From: Haplodiscus bocki
Lineage: Eukaryota
Length of the DNA: 64,000 bases
Assembly: GCA_965655095.1 (NCBI GenBank)
Contig: OZ296655.1
Location: 31,310,001 to 31,374,000 of the forward strand
Reading direction: 5' to 3'
Part shown: positions 1 to 14,400 of the stretch, one piece after another
How positions within the stretch are numbered: position 1 is the stretch's first letter
How the letters are laid out: each line of letters opens with the position of its first letter
The notes under the pieces: model-generated
Database searches by the model: none
Told to the model about the DNA's origin: nothing
What the model saw: only the letters and a program-made list of their open reading frames with translations
Translations under genes and position numbers: made by a program

Positions 1-3000
1 AGCATGTCGAGAAAAAGGCAAAAAGACCTTAAGTGGGGGAACAAATCAGTCTATAGCATCAGTTTGTGCTGTTTCTCAAAACTTTGAAGTGAACAAAAAC
101 GAATATGTGATCGATTCCGGTAGCACTGATCACATTGTTTTTGACAGAAATTTGTTTGTGGATTTGTGCGAGAAGAATTAGGTAGTTCTGAGTCCCAATG
201 GAAGAAAATCGCAAATAGAGGGAATAGGTAAGGTTCTGATTAAAGTTTTTAAAAAGAAAATGCAGAAAGTTGGACTTCAGTTAGAATATCTACTGCATGT
301 ACCGCAGTACAAGTTTAAGTTGAGCTCAATAGACAAAGTTTTTGAAAAGGGGCTTTCAATTTTGTTCAGAGACAAAAAAGCAAGTGTAAAACTTGCAAAC
401 TCCAGCAGATTTTTCCGTTGAAGAGAGAACACCGTTTGTTTTTCTTCAGAACGCATTTTCCTTATAGAAAATGTATATGTAACTTGCTTAAAATTGTTGA
501 AACTCAACCTCGGCATGAACGCTTAGGTCATTCAAATATTTCTCTTGTCAAAAACACAATTCCAAGATTTCCGCATTGCACTAAAGATGTTTGCGAGAAT
601 TGTGTTTTGTGGAAAGTTACGAAGGTATCAGTTCATAAAGAAACTGAGGTTAAAAGTAAGAAACCTCTCAAAGAAGTGTTTATTGACAAAGTGGGAGCGT
701 TAAACCTCCGAGTCTGCATAGATTTAGACATGTACTTATGATTGTTGATGAACCGAGTAAAAGTAAAATCGTGAAGTTTTTGCGCGCTAAAAGTAACACC
801 GGAAAAATTTCAAGAATCCATAATTCAGCCTGAAACTCCGGAAATTCTAAGGTCTCACAATGGTAAAGAGTTTACCAGCAAGCACTTCAAACGGTACTGC
901 ATTAAAAACAAAACCAAGCGGGAAATTACAGTGCCTGAAACTACTGAACAGAAAGGAACGGCTGTAAGAGTCAACCAGACTACAGTAGAAATGGCAAGAT
1001 GCCGGTTACTTTAGGCGAAGTTACCAAAAATTCTTGGTTGAGAGCTATTGCAACTGCTTGTTTTTGTTTGTGCTAACACGGTTTTGCAAATAACAAGCAG
1101 TTGCAATAGCTCCCAACCAATAATTTTAGGTAACTTCGCTTAAAGTAACAGGCATCTCGCCATTTCTACTATAGTCCGGTTGACTTTTACAGCCGTTCCA
1201 TTCTGTTCAGGAGTTTCAGGCCAAGGAGTCCATTTGAAAAATTTACCGTCAAAAAGACTCAAATAAAGTAATTGAAGAATTTGGTTGCACAGTTTTTGTC
1301 CAAAAACTCAAAACTTCCAGCATTAAACTTGACCAAAATGCCTTAAAATGTCAATTTTTAGGCTACGATGAGCATAGTGTTGGTTACTTCGTGCATGAGT
1401 TACAAACAAAGACCGCGTTTGTTGCCAGAAATATGATTCTTAACAAACGTGAAATAGTTTTTTTGAAATCATTCTCTGAAATTGGTTTTAACGATTTCCC
1501 AGATATCGGAGAGCTAACTCTGCAGCCAAATCCCATTGGAACGGAAGTTCAGGACCAAATCACTGATGGTCAGACAGTTCCATCGGACCTAGTAGCGAGT
1601 CATGAGAGTGTTTTGCAACAACTAAATTATGAAAATGAGTCATGAGAGAGCGATTCTGAGGCCGAAGGGAGTGTACCGGAAGAGGAACACACTCAAAGTT
1701 CAAAATCCTCCCTTAAATTAGAAGCTCATTTTGAACCAAAAAGAAGAGTTACTGGTATGAGTGCTTCCGAACTGCAGGGGCTCTGCATGATCATTTTTTG
1801 CCCACAACGCATACGATAGAACCACAAAAAGCATAGAGAGAAGTGAAAGTTCCAACTCGTTTCGGCAATACTTTACACATAGTTCCGTCACAAATGAAGA
1901 TGAATTTCTCTCGCGCAAACAAGCTTTGAAATCTAACAGTGCCCAGGAGTGGCTTGAACTCAAGCCGGAGAAAATTCAAAATCTTGAAAAAAAATTAAAC
2001 ATGGTCTTCAGTTAAAGCACCATATGACAAAAAAATTGTATCTAGAAAAAGGGGTATTCAAAACTGAAAGAAAAGAACATGAAGTTGCGGAAAAGTACAT
2101 GACCAGATTTGTAGCAAAAGGATTTCCGGAAACTGAAGGTGTAGATTCCGGGGAATCATTTGCCCCGGCAAGCAGGCCGTAGAGGTTTAGACTAGTAGTG
2201 GCGGTAGTTGCGCAACATAACCTCCACTTTTTGCTAATAAATTCTAAAATCAACTTTTCTTCACTGAAAATCAAAGAAGAAGTGTTCATAGAAAAACCCG
2301 AAGGTTTTGCAAAAGTTGCAGAAAATGGCACTAAGCTGGAGTGCAAACTCGATAAAACGTTATATGTTCTAAAGCAAGCCAGCAAAAACTGGCATGATCG
2401 TCTGAAAACTTCGCTTCTAGATGGAAGCTTCCAGAAAAGTAAAACCGATTACTGTCTTTATGTTAAACGCAAGAAACATAGTTTGCAATATGTCCTAGTA
2501 TGGCTAGATGATATTATCGTAGCAAATTCTGTCTAGGAGCAGTCTGAAAGAAAAGTATAAACAGAACTTCAAAATGGAAGAAAAAGGAAAACTCACATGG
2601 CTTCGAGGAATCAAGATAGAAAGAAAAACAGGAGAAATATGTTTTGATCAGGAACAATATACTGAAGAATTGTTGACGAAGGAAGGCTTAAGCAACCGCA
2701 ATCCACTGGAAAGCCTGGTAACAGTCAATTAAAAATTTGTATGAGCAAATGACAATGATGAAATGGCAGACGCAACATCTCGAAGTTTGATTGGATTAGT
2801 TCTGTTTCTTGCCAAACAAACTTTTCCTGATATTTTATAAAGTGTTAAGGTTCTATCTCGTTGAATGGATAAACCTACAATAGCTCATATGCAACGCGCA
2901 AAAAGAATTTTGCGACATCTTCATGGTACAGCAAAACTCAAAGTTTTCTATCGAAAGCAAAAAGATCCAGTTCTGTTGGGAGAAAGTGATGCAGACTAGA

Positions 3001-3464
3001 GTGGCGATCAAATCAATCGAAACTCAGCCATTGGTTTTTATTTCAAAAATGGCCAGCACATTGGTGCTATCTCATTGCAAGTGAGAAAGCAACAATCGCG
3101 CTTTCGAGCTGTGAAGCAGAGTATTAAGGTCTGGCAGCTGAAGCGCAAGAAGTATTATTCCTTGGACAATTATAATGTGATTTTCATTATACGCAACAGC
3201 AGCCAACATCTCTTGGTGAAGATATTCCAAGTGTTATCAGGCTGTCAACTAACCCTGTATTTCGCAAGAGATCAAAACACATGGATGTGAAGCAACATTC
3301 TCTTAGAGAAGCAGTGCAAAAAGATGAAATTAACATCCTACATGTGCCAACTTAAAAAATGGCAGCCTTTGTTTTCAAGGGAATGTGTGGAGCCAAATTC
3401 ACCGATCATAGTGAGAAAATTATGGGCAAACTAAACCCTAGTTCGGGTCGAGTCTGAGTGGGAG
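1..3464 (+). mobile_element. Degenerate Ty1/copia LTR retrotransposon pol (protease-integrase-RT-RNase H), 5' part outside the window
   Basis: Motifs in copia order: YVIDSGSTDH (~103-135), HERLGH, LRSHNGKEF, PEQxGTA, RFVAKGF, LKQASKNW, LVWLDD, SDAD*SGD, KHMDVK. Many stops and frameshifts. Ends in a polypurine tract GAGTGGGAG followed by TG. Confidence 0.93.
933..1221. repeat. Fold-back inverted duplication inside the copia integrase region
   Basis: Arm 933-1062 is the reverse complement of arm 1092-1221 (~130 bp, about 90% identical), with a ~29-bp spacer. Confidence 0.9.
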
Positions 3465-3671
3465 TGTTAACAGCTTGAACTCAATTCAGTCATCATAAGC
3501 AGATGCCTATCAACCTAATAATCGCCTACTTGAGGATGCATTTATTGTACGACTTAAATTAATGAGAGACTAGAGTGCATATTTTTAATGAAGTTATCGA
3601 TTACATATTTACATGGTAATTAATCCTACCGCCTACCAGGAAGTTGTAATCATGAATAATTTTTCTATAAC
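3465..3671 (+). repeat. Probable 3' LTR of the copia element (right boundary uncertain)
   Basis: Begins TGTTAACAG immediately after the PPT. No partner LTR in the window to confirm the end. Confidence 0.45.
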
Positions 3672-5688
3672 TGGTAAATGTTAGACTCAATTAAGTATCT
3701 AGAGATCAGTTTTCTCGCTGCCACGACCATATACCTTGACCCTTGACACTACGACTTTCCCACAATACGGAACTATGTTGGTATCACGGCAATCATCCTG
3801 GGTCAATCCTACGTTTCGATTCAGGTCATAATTTCGTTGCAAAGAAGTCCAAAAGCGTAAATATCGTACGTGGGGTGGGAAACATTTGTGCTTTAACAAG
3901 CGTAATAAAGTTTTTAGTTTTTGTTTGGTATTTCACGTTACGGTCGTAATTATCGGGGTTGAAAGCGATTCCCATATTCCCTATTTTCACATATCCATGT
4001 TAGGGAAGATATTGTCGGGTTTCAACTCCTTGAGAATGATTCCCTTCATGTGCATCCTGAATAGCCCGCTCACGAAATTTTCAGTAACATAATCCTCTTC
4101 TTCTGCTAACAGCTTTTATATCACTCAAATTGTTTTTTTTCTTCCGAGAATTTTCTTCCGAGCATAAATCCAATACTATCACGATGCGATCGTTACTCAG
4201 GTCAAACCCATGAAACTGGACAACGTAGTTAAAAAACTCCTGATAGATCTGAATCTCATTCAATAACATTTTTCTCTCGCGAGCACACAAGTTATTCAAA
4301 GTCATACACTTCCCTGAAGCACACGGATCCCAATTTTCGACCGAATTTGAGACAGGAGCTTGTGATTTTGAATACACGCGACGTATTTCAACGATCAAGC
4401 AGTGATCTAATCGGTGACTGTCAAAATATTGCCAGTTTTGTAACATGCGAAACAAAATTATGTATCCTCTGCAGTCATCGCACACAAAAGCGAGGCCTCT
4501 GATTAGCTGATTGTAGTCACATGACTTGCATGATGACTCATGCGTGACGTTTTGGTTGGTCAGCAGTTCTTGTATGATTTAAAACCCTGCTCTAAACAAA
4601 CTTAAATTGGGAAATATATTTGTGCGGATGACTTTAAGAGGATGACCCTTCTGTTGATTCTTCTCGACTCGTTCTTCAAAACAGTTTGAACACAAGTCGA
4701 AGTTATGGGATACAACACATTTGTATCAGCACCCAAAAAATTCGCATCATAATCGTCACAAGCAATGCCATAATGATATCCCACCAGTCCTACAATTACC
4801 CCGGCTTTCTCTCCAGAAACAGAGGTTGATGCAGGAGGCGAGGTGCGAGTTCTTAGAGAGGACAATTTTCCAATCACGTCAGCTCGCTAAGAGCGCAATC
4901 GAGTGAATTGACTATGAAAAGCTAAAGAATTCTGATGTGTTTTACCAAAAGAGCGAAACTTTAAGCGATTAATCTGAGACATCCAATAAAAAAACCTTTG
5001 ATGAGAGTATAAATTTATCACTTAGTTTCTTGACGTATAATTGTGCGATTCCATCATATGACATTACGAAACGTTATTTAACCAAAGTTAAGTTTTTCGC
5101 CATGATCAGATCGATCAACATTCTTAGTTAAATTTCAATAGGTTTTTGGAGACGGACACATGGCTGTAATTTCAAAATTCACGGTAAACTTGAAGAAAGA
5201 ATTGATCTTCTATTAGCCAGATCTCTCCTATCAACGTCAAAGTTTACGTTTACTTAGTTCCGAGCATCTCCTTGCAACTTTTGTCGTTTGATTAAATAAG
5301 ACGAGCAATCCAAAATTGTTAAATGACTGCTTTAATGATCCTAAGAATTTTATGAAATCTTCCGAAACTTGGACTGACTTTCATAATATTGATTCTTAAG
5401 CTACGAAGCACGGTTTAGGTTGTGGAAATAAACTTTGTTCTATCAGGTAATGAGCAAAATAAAGACAAATTCCAATTTCTAATTTCTCGAGTATTTCAAA
5501 AAAATCTTCGATTAGAAACAAAATTTGCAAAATGAACAAACTTGCGCGCTGATGCAAGCACTTATCGTTGGCTACCCTTATCAACTTATTAATTTTTCTG
5601 CCCATATGGCAACATGGAGGGAGAATCAATCATCCACTCGCTGCGCGTTTTGCGTATATCAGCCAATCGCACGATTTCAAAACTTACT

Positions 5689-6060
5689 ACACAGAAACAA
5701 AGCTGTGCTTCGCAACACTTGTGCCAACGGAATACTAGTGAACAAATCGACTAAATATAAATCATTTTTGAAGGTGTCACCGGTACTACCAAATTTATTG
5801 ATAGCCAGTGTACAGAAACTTCATTGATCACAAGAAACTCAAATAATAATTTTCTTGATATTTCAAATAAAAATACTGATTTTCAAGCGGAAATGGCACA
5901 GTCAGTAGAGAATGCGTGAGGCGCGAAAGGTTCCAGGTTCGAGCCTAGGACATTCCCTCCTCTCTCTGGTCAAAATCTAGGAACTTGTGCGAGTTGTGAA
6001 CGGATTGGAAAAACAGAATTCAGAAGCCTGTGAAATAACAATTGCTTGCGCAAGTGTAAT
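5689..6060 (-). mobile_element. Helentron/HINE-like non-autonomous element, family A, with an internal tRNA-derived cassette
   Basis: Starts with the family end motif aagctgtgcttcgcaACACTTG and ends GCGCAAGTGTAA (subterminal inverted repeat). Internal A-box/B-box segment TGGCACAGTCAGTAG...GGTTCGAGCC at ~5887-5955. Homologous copies near 9801, 49324, 52476 and 53720. Confidence 0.6.
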
Positions 6061-8496
6061 CACCAAATTGTAGCAATTTTTCCATAGTGTGAATGGAACA
6101 GTAACACTTCCTAAATACGTAAAAAATAGGGTTTTTTGGAGAATGGTACTTTTCAAAACTTTATTTTTTCGAAAACCGGGAAAAAGTGACTAATCCGTTG
6201 TAGTGTATAACATGGCTACACTCCTTACACGGATGCGAAATGGCACTTCGCAACACATTGACTCGTCAGTCAAAATCAAGAAAAAAAACACACCAAAGAG
6301 GATAAAAGACAGTTGAAATCAATAGCGGAGATGTGGTTGACAGTTTTTCAAATACCGCACCAGCTATCAAAATCAAGTGTTTGCTCCAAAAGTCTCATTG
6401 AGACAAGCATTTACCACAATGTCTGGTACTGTAAATGTTGATTTGTCAGTCAATCATGTCTTTTTATTTGACATTCTTTTGCTGCTCAATGTTCAAGAGA
6501 TTTATACAGTCCACAAGTCGAACACGAAGAATATACCCCCACAATGTCTCATTCAAACACAGACGCGAAGCTACACTTAGCGTACACTTGCAGCAAAAGT
6601 GGGGAAGGGCATCAACTAATTTTTCAGTTACCCCAACTTACTGTTCAATGTTCAAGAACGTTGCAGATATTACAACGGGAAAACGAACAAGCGCATTTTC
6701 TCATATTCAAACTAATAATTTGTCAAACGTGACCTTTTCGGACGCTGACATTCATTTTCTTAGACCGATGTATGGGCGGGAGGCAAAAAAGTTTCGCATA
6801 CGATCGAGTGAAATTTTCGTCCAAGAATTGGAAGCCTGTCAAAAAGTAACTAAGGTTTATTCTTGGACCATCGAATAGAACAATTTTTTGAAACTGACAA
6901 AAAAATTCAGTTGAACAATTCTATGTACAAAGGCCCGCAAACTACTTGCAACAAACAGCTTAATCTACAAAGAATGAGATTTGATTCAAGCCATGGATGA
7001 GAGAAATTGAGTGAGTAGTTTAATAGGAAAGCCACCCTGATACTCAACTGAAACCGACATTACACGCTTGTGAAGCAATGATTTTGTCATCATTTCGAAA
7101 AAAAACCTGCTCCACCCAAATGAATCTACAAATTTTACTCTCGATTGAGCGCTAAATGAAAAGAATGACACGGGTTGATAGAGTGGGAAAATTGACAAAA
7201 AGTTGATATCCTATGCATTCAGAGCAACGTTTACACCGTCATGTCTGGAAAATTGAACACAATGTGGAAAAAGTGCTCCGCGTGAAAAATTTTACACATA
7301 ATAGGCTGTCGTTGGAGACGTAAATGAAAGTAATTGATGGAGTACCGCAAGAGGAAAGATGATTTAAAAGCTGGCTGAAATCTATTCTTATGCTTTTGAA
7401 GCAATTTTTGGAGCATTATTTTGAAATTAAACAAAATCACGAAAAAGTATTACACTTAAATCAATCTGCACATACTGAACTGCCGATTAAGCATTTAAGA
7501 ATAGGAATCTAAAAGGAAAACCATTTTCAAAATGGATCAAATGCAGCATTTGACGTGTTTTGTCACTATTGGACCGTTGTATTCGGAATGAAAACAAAAT
7601 ACGAAAATCGGCCCTACATAAACGCTTCTTTATATTGTTAGTTTTTGGGAACTCTTAGGCTGCAAATAGGAAAATGGTTTGCAGAATAACGATTTTCTTT
7701 AAAAGATTTTGTTCTTTTAAGGTAGAGAGAAATTCTGAGGTACAAAAAAACACCTACACTTCCTCGGTCAAATTTAAAAACTAGCGATTTTTAGAACAAA
7801 AACACATTGACCAAAAGTCTGTAAAAGATGGCTTTTCATCTTTTACACTAACGACTACCATCTGATGACGTCAATATTACACGTTTTGGACCGGTTAAGT
7901 AAACTGGACATATGCCGGTTTCACTACACATTTTTCTTTTCAGTCAGAATGCGTAAAAGCTAAATTCAGAAATTTTCAAAATGCGAAAAAGGAAATTCTC
8001 TTAAGAATGCGTAGAAGAAAGTTTATGAAAAGCTTTTTTTATCTTGTTGAAGTATAGCAGCTTCAACACATCAGCAGGGCAGAAAATCTGCAGTTGGTAG
8101 CCGACCATCTTGTTGAACATCGTGTCATAAAGGCAAAGCTGACTGCCTACAAAACATCAATTACCCATTTGGGACTCTGATATTAATACAGAGGCAAAGT
8201 GGAATTTCGCTTTTTCCATATGCGCACTCTCATCACCGGCTCAAATCACCCCTAAAAACCTCATCCAAAACTGAATATCATAAGTTTAATTCAATTTTTA
8301 GAAATACAATACTTTGCACAAAAAAGGACGCAACATGATGTCGCAATTCAAATTATTCCAAATTCAAGGTCACATTTATTTCAAAACTAATGGAAAAATT
8401 CACATTTTCGTTCCTCTGAACTTCCTGTCGAAGCTCAGCTGTGAAGCAGAAACCGGAAGCAGAATTTGATCTGTTCATTCCTGTCTACATGCACTA

Positions 8497-11400
8497 CTAA
8501 GCTCTCTCGTGGATATCGAGCACAGCGGAAGGAACAAGTCCCAAGAACTTCAAAGGAGTATCCATCTCATCTTCTGAAAATACCTTCTTTGGAAATGACG
8601 TCATTAATGTGAAATTATTGCTCAGAGGTGATGGCGCGTTTAGCTGCGCAAAGAGACGCACAGCCGAAAGAGGTTCATTGACTTGGAATTTTTGGACTTT
8701 TGGTGGGCCGCCTCTGAACCTGATCTGAAACAGGAGACAAAAAACGATGCACTGGCAATTTTACACTTCAAAGCTAAGTAAGTCACGTCCAAGTCACCAG
8801 GAGCAGTGAAACACTGAAAAACGACCTTGTAAAAAACAAATAGCGGAAATTTCTACGACTTTCCTTACACCACAATATTACGACGAATTAATACCCGAAC
8901 TTTCCAGGATACCCCCTTTCTTACGCAAACAAATATCAGCTACTAGTGCCATTCACGATACCCCTCTCAAAATTCATTGTTGGTATGCAGAATACAAATA
9001 ACACAATTTTATAAATTTACAACTGCTCAATTTTGACATTTATGGCGGATAATCGAGAATACTGAATTTTTCAGCTCTACAATACGGAAGTTTATGGCGG
9101 ACATACGAGAGTGGTGAATTTCATATCTTTACGTTACAATATTGACATTTATGGCGGAAAATCGAGTGGCCGTTAATCGAGAGTGAAGTTTACATGAGTA
9201 TAAGTCATGAATTTGCTTACAACAGTTGAATTTAGATAGCAGACGTAAAGAAAGCAATAAAGGCAGTCGGCTGAACTATTATGCTATTTTACAAGTTTGC
9301 TTCAATTTAGGCGCCACAAATAACTGGTAAACAAGGTCAAGAGGTGTACCTTTAATCTCGAATTCGGTCACGATATTAAAAAATGATGAGGAGGCAGAAA
9401 GAGTGCTGCCTGTATTCTACCTGTATTCTAGTCTCAGTGTACTCTGTTTTGGGGGCAAAAGCTGTTGAAGTTGCCGTGGCGACAGACACTGATGACGTAA
9501 CAGCAGCTGTAGCAGTAGCACCAGTGGTGCCATTCTGAATTCCCACTGCGTTTGTTTCTTTTTCCAGAGCCGCTTTTTTGTTCGCTCTGTCCCTCGCTAT
9601 TTCTGCTTTTACCTTTTCTCTGAAAGTCACGGACATCAAAAGGGTTCAGCTACACGCTTTCATAGGCAAACGACCATTACTATAAACGATCAGAACCAAT
9701 GAACATGAAGGCTGGCAAAATTTCCGAGAATAGAAATTAAGCATGCTTTACATTCATTAGGAAAAATTGTCTATTATGAATTTGATACCAAATATTTTGT
9801 ACACAGAGGTGAATCTGTGCTTCGCAACACTTGCGCAGACGGAATACAAGTAAAAAAAACGCAATCATATTTCAATCGGTTGATATTTTCAATAAAAATA
9901 CTGATTCTAAAGCGGCAACGGCAGTCAGTAGAGCATGCAACTGCGGCGCTCAAAACTCATCGGTTCGAGCCTAGGACACTTCCTTCGATTTGATCAAAAT
10001 ATAGGAACAAATGCAAGTTTTGAACGGATCGGAAAAAAGTCCGCAGAAGACTGTGATGTAAGACTTGCTTGCGCAAGTGTAAAAAGTAAAAATTATATAA
10101 CAAAACATCGATTTAGTTAACCTGGCTATTCTGTCGGCTTCTTTTTCCCGCCTCCTTTCTTCTGCGATCTGCATCATTTCCTTTCTATGGTGACTGAAAC
10201 AAAAGCATTTACTAAAATCTCCTTGAATTTCTCGTAAACTGCCCAAAGGTACAGATAGAAGTACACTACAATGAAGGCCTTTCAAAGAGTACCGTATTTA
10301 GAGAAAAGTGAACTAACTCTTCTTTGACTTGTGACAAGGTCTGGCCTTCTTTCCTCCGCGACTTTTCTCTCGCCAGCGCTTCGGCTCGTTCTTCATCTTC
10401 TCTCTCCTTCCGCCTTGTGGCCATTTTTTCTTGAAGCCTGAAAATATTTCATTAAACAGTATGAGGGTGATCGATTAATCGCAACTTCTTCAACAATCAT
10501 TTTTACAGTCGACGCTTTTCAATTAAGTTAAAGTGCCCGACTATTACAGTGGCTCGTTTTACTCACCGTCAATTCGACTAAAAAATATTTGTGAGTAGTA
10601 AGGATTGGGGGGGGGGGGGTGTTCGCACCGTAGATGGCACCCAATAAATTTTCTCTATCTTGACAGCTAAATATACAGAAATATCGCCTGCAAACATTCA
10701 ACTAACATCTTTGACAGCTCATTCAACAGTATGTAAACTTTCCCTAGTTTCCACCAATCGACCCTACGTTCTCAAATTATCCTAAGATGAACGTTCTACT
10801 GTCTCTTCAAACTCTTTGAATGCTCTGTTCCCCAATTCAGTTTCATCATCCAAATTTGCTCAAATTTCTAATACCACGGACCTCATTCCATTATTAAAGA
10901 CTATACATATAGTGATTTTGAAACGGAAAAGGTACACAGTGCAGGGTTTCCTGGCAAAATTACTTTCATAAAAAACCGAATCCACGCTTTCGATATTTGA
11001 AAAATGTTGCTGAAAAATTCCATTGAAAAGTGCGTTCAAAATGCCCACTTTCCATAGTTTTTACACCTGAACTAGATATAATAATGGTTAAGGATTAGAT
11101 AGCCAGCCAGGAAACTTTGCCATCTGAGGAAATGTTGAACTGCACATTCTATGCGAAGCTCTTCACCAACAAAAAGTTTTTAAATTGGCACATCCGACGT
11201 GTGCATAAAACAGAACCAAATGAGTCTGTTCGGTCATTCAGCTGTGGTTACCGCGAAACGATAGTCACCCAAGTGAAGAGCGTAATTCGCCATGTGAGGC
11301 AGCAGCACAATTACTCGCAAAACTATGGCTGTCAGGAATGTGCACGTATATTTGGTACGAACGCTTCGCTTCAAGAACATTCAACGGAAAATCATGCAAC

Positions 11401-14400
11401 CTTCTCATCACAACAATCAGCAACAACTCCCGGCGATTGGGGAATTCCCGCGCTAGTGACCACCAGTTCTGCAATAAATTCATATTTCAACGTTCATCGT
11501 TTCGACTTCACTTCCCAAACAGTGGACCCATTTGCCTTTTTGATTGGACATATCGGAGAGATAATTTCTTTTATCAACGATAAACTATCTATTGTACACA
11601 TGACTCGCGTGGGGCTGTGCATGCAAGTGAAAATGGTGAAACCATTAAGAGGAGAGACGACCGAGCCTTTCTTTAACACAGTCCTTTTATCTTTGGCTCA
11701 AGTTGTTACGGAGGACGACGTCTACAATCTGATCAAATAATTACTCAGCTCAATGTATTTAGCACTGGTGGTTCGGGTTGGATTGTGGAGAAACTATTAC
11801 AATTTGATATCAAAACAAGCAGAACTCCTCGACTTGGTGGAAGTTCCTATATACCAACACCGCCAGATCTCTGTGCCCGGATTTCACGGCACTGCCTTTT
11901 AAACATTCGTAATTTGTATGACAACTATTGCTTTTTATACTCAGTAGCAGCTGCACTGTTTCCAGCTGAAAAAAAATCGTCAGCGACCCAGGAACTATAT
12001 TGACAACTTCCAGCAATTGATATTCGACCCGGCCGCAATGCCAATGAAACTTGTGAGTATACCGAAGTTTGAACGCGACAACATTTTGTCAATAAATGTG
12101 TACAGCTACGAAGATAGTTTTCTATCTTGTTGTTATCTGACCAAAAACAAGACTGTCGCTGGCAAAATTAAACTGCTGCTCTTAACAGAGGAAAACAACT
12201 ACCCTTACTGCTTAATCACTAATTTTCAAACATTCATCCATCGGGTGTGTCGCTCGAAAAAGAAGGCAGAAAAAAGGGCTAAAAACAAAAATTTGGCAGC
12301 AACTGCATGCAATTTGTGATCAAATCTGGATACAGTAGGCACGTCAAGCTTTGCAAATCTAACAGACCGCTGGATATTTCAATGCCCTCAAATGGTTCTG
12401 AAATTGAATTCTCAAACTGGCAAAATGCTTGTTCGTGGTATACGCAGACTTAGAGGCAATTACTGTTGCTGTAAACGAACCTCAAACTTCGAAGAACACC
12501 AAAAATATTGAGCTGCAGTATCCAGCAAGTTATGGAGCTGTGTTGGTAAAATCGAAAAGTAAGTTCCACTTGAATACCATTTTTTTGGTTTCTCAAAAGC
12601 CCATCATACATTTCTAATTTTTTTAGCCAATAAAGTTCAGTTCGAGTCCTTTTACCGTGGGCCGGACTGTATCGAACAGCTCATTACTTGCCTTCGAAAA
12701 TGGTTGGGGTGGAGTGAAAGTCAGCAACAAAATTATCGAGAGCTTTCATCAGTCATGTCCTGGAGTGAACGGCAACAGCTTTTGTCAACAGAAAACCCAA
12801 TTTGCTGTTTGTGCTAGGAACACGTTAGCCACAAAAAAGAAATGGTTATTCATCATTGTCACTATTCTGGTCAAATTTACGGGATCGCGCATTCTAGATG
12901 TAACCTAAAGGCCCGTCGCTCTAATTTTCTGCCCGTATTCTTTCACAACCTTGCACAATACGACGCGCACCACATCTTCAAAAAATTGCAACTCGAAGCC
13001 AATGAAAAGCTCTCTGCCATTTCCAGAACTGATGAAACGTATACCTCCTTCAGTATATCGGTAAAAACTGGTGAATACAAAAACAAATTCAACGTGAAAG
13101 TGCCTCTTTACAGCCACATTCGTGTTCTCGACAGTTTTCAATTTATGTCACAGGGTTTGGACAACTTGGCGAAAACCCTGCAACATGAAAACTTCAAACT
13201 CACGAGAAGCATTCGGCAACTTGAATGATGACGAGTTTATCAGTGTCACTCGAAAAGGCTTCTTTCCATATAATTATCTGGACAGTTTTCAAAAATTTAG
13301 TGCACCGTTTCCAGCTTTTGGCCCCGATTGGAAAAACACGCTGTCCGGAAAAATTGAAATTAGTGAAGAAGACTACACGCAAGCTTTAGCAATGTATAAT
13401 TTGTTTGCTTGTAAGGATTTTGCAGATTACCACGACCTGTATTTACGTATCGACGTCTTCATACTAGCGGATGTATTTGAAACGTTCAGGAACGTATGTC
13501 TTAAGGTTTACAATTTGGATCCTGCTCATTTCTTTTCAGCACAGAATCTCAGCTGGGATGCAATGTTGATTACAACTAGGGCAGAGATTGGGTTACTGAC
13601 AAACATTGAAATGTTGCTCTTTTGTGAAAGGGCAATTAGGGGTGGTGTCAATGGCATCGGAGCTTTGCGACACTTCAAAGCCAACAATCCCGACACAAAT
13701 GATTAGAATGCAAATGAACCTACAGTGTATGGAGCATTTTTCGACGTCACCTCGTTGTATGCCTGAACTAGGCAACAGTCTTTGCCACTGGAAGCCTACA
13801 CCTGGAGAGCAGATTTGACCATTGAAGATATTCTGAACGCTGACCCAATGGGTGAATTTGGCTTCTTTGTAGAAGTGGACTTAATTTGCCCGAAAGAGCT
13901 TCATCACTCTCACAATGATCCTCCCCTTGCGCCGGAAAAATTGGCAATTCAACCAGAATGGTTATCACCATATGCCAAGTCATTCAACAATCGACCTTCT
14001 GCTGTAGAAAAATTGGTAGAAACGCTACTTGGCAAAAGACTCTACGTGTGTCATTTCCGTAATTTGCAATTCCACCATCAGCAGGGACTCAAGGTTGATA
14101 AACTGCATAGGGTCCTACAATTCAAGCAGAGCAATTGGCTAGGCACGTACATAAACAAAAACACTGTGATGCGAAAACAAGCAACAAACGAATTTGAGAA
14201 AAACTTTTACAAATTGATGTCCAATGCTTGTTTTGGCAAAACTATGGAGAATCTTCGAAACCGAAGACTCATCAAATTTGTGCAAAATGAAACGCAGGCC
14301 AGCAGTCTCAGTTTTAAGCCAAATTACAAGTCGTTCAACATTATTAATGCGAATTTGGTATCGGTCGTAATGAACAACACCAAAAATTTGTGGAATAAGC

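Noticed and set aside
3700-5000. Short ORFs with Cys pairs (e.g. 4081-4485) as a gene or PHD remnant
   Set aside because: No complete motif or splice structure could be assembled. It is probably decayed repeat sequence.
5887-5958. tRNA gene
   Set aside because: A and B boxes are present but there is no coherent acceptor or anticodon stem. It lies inside a dispersed repeat with divergent copies near 9912 and 53823.
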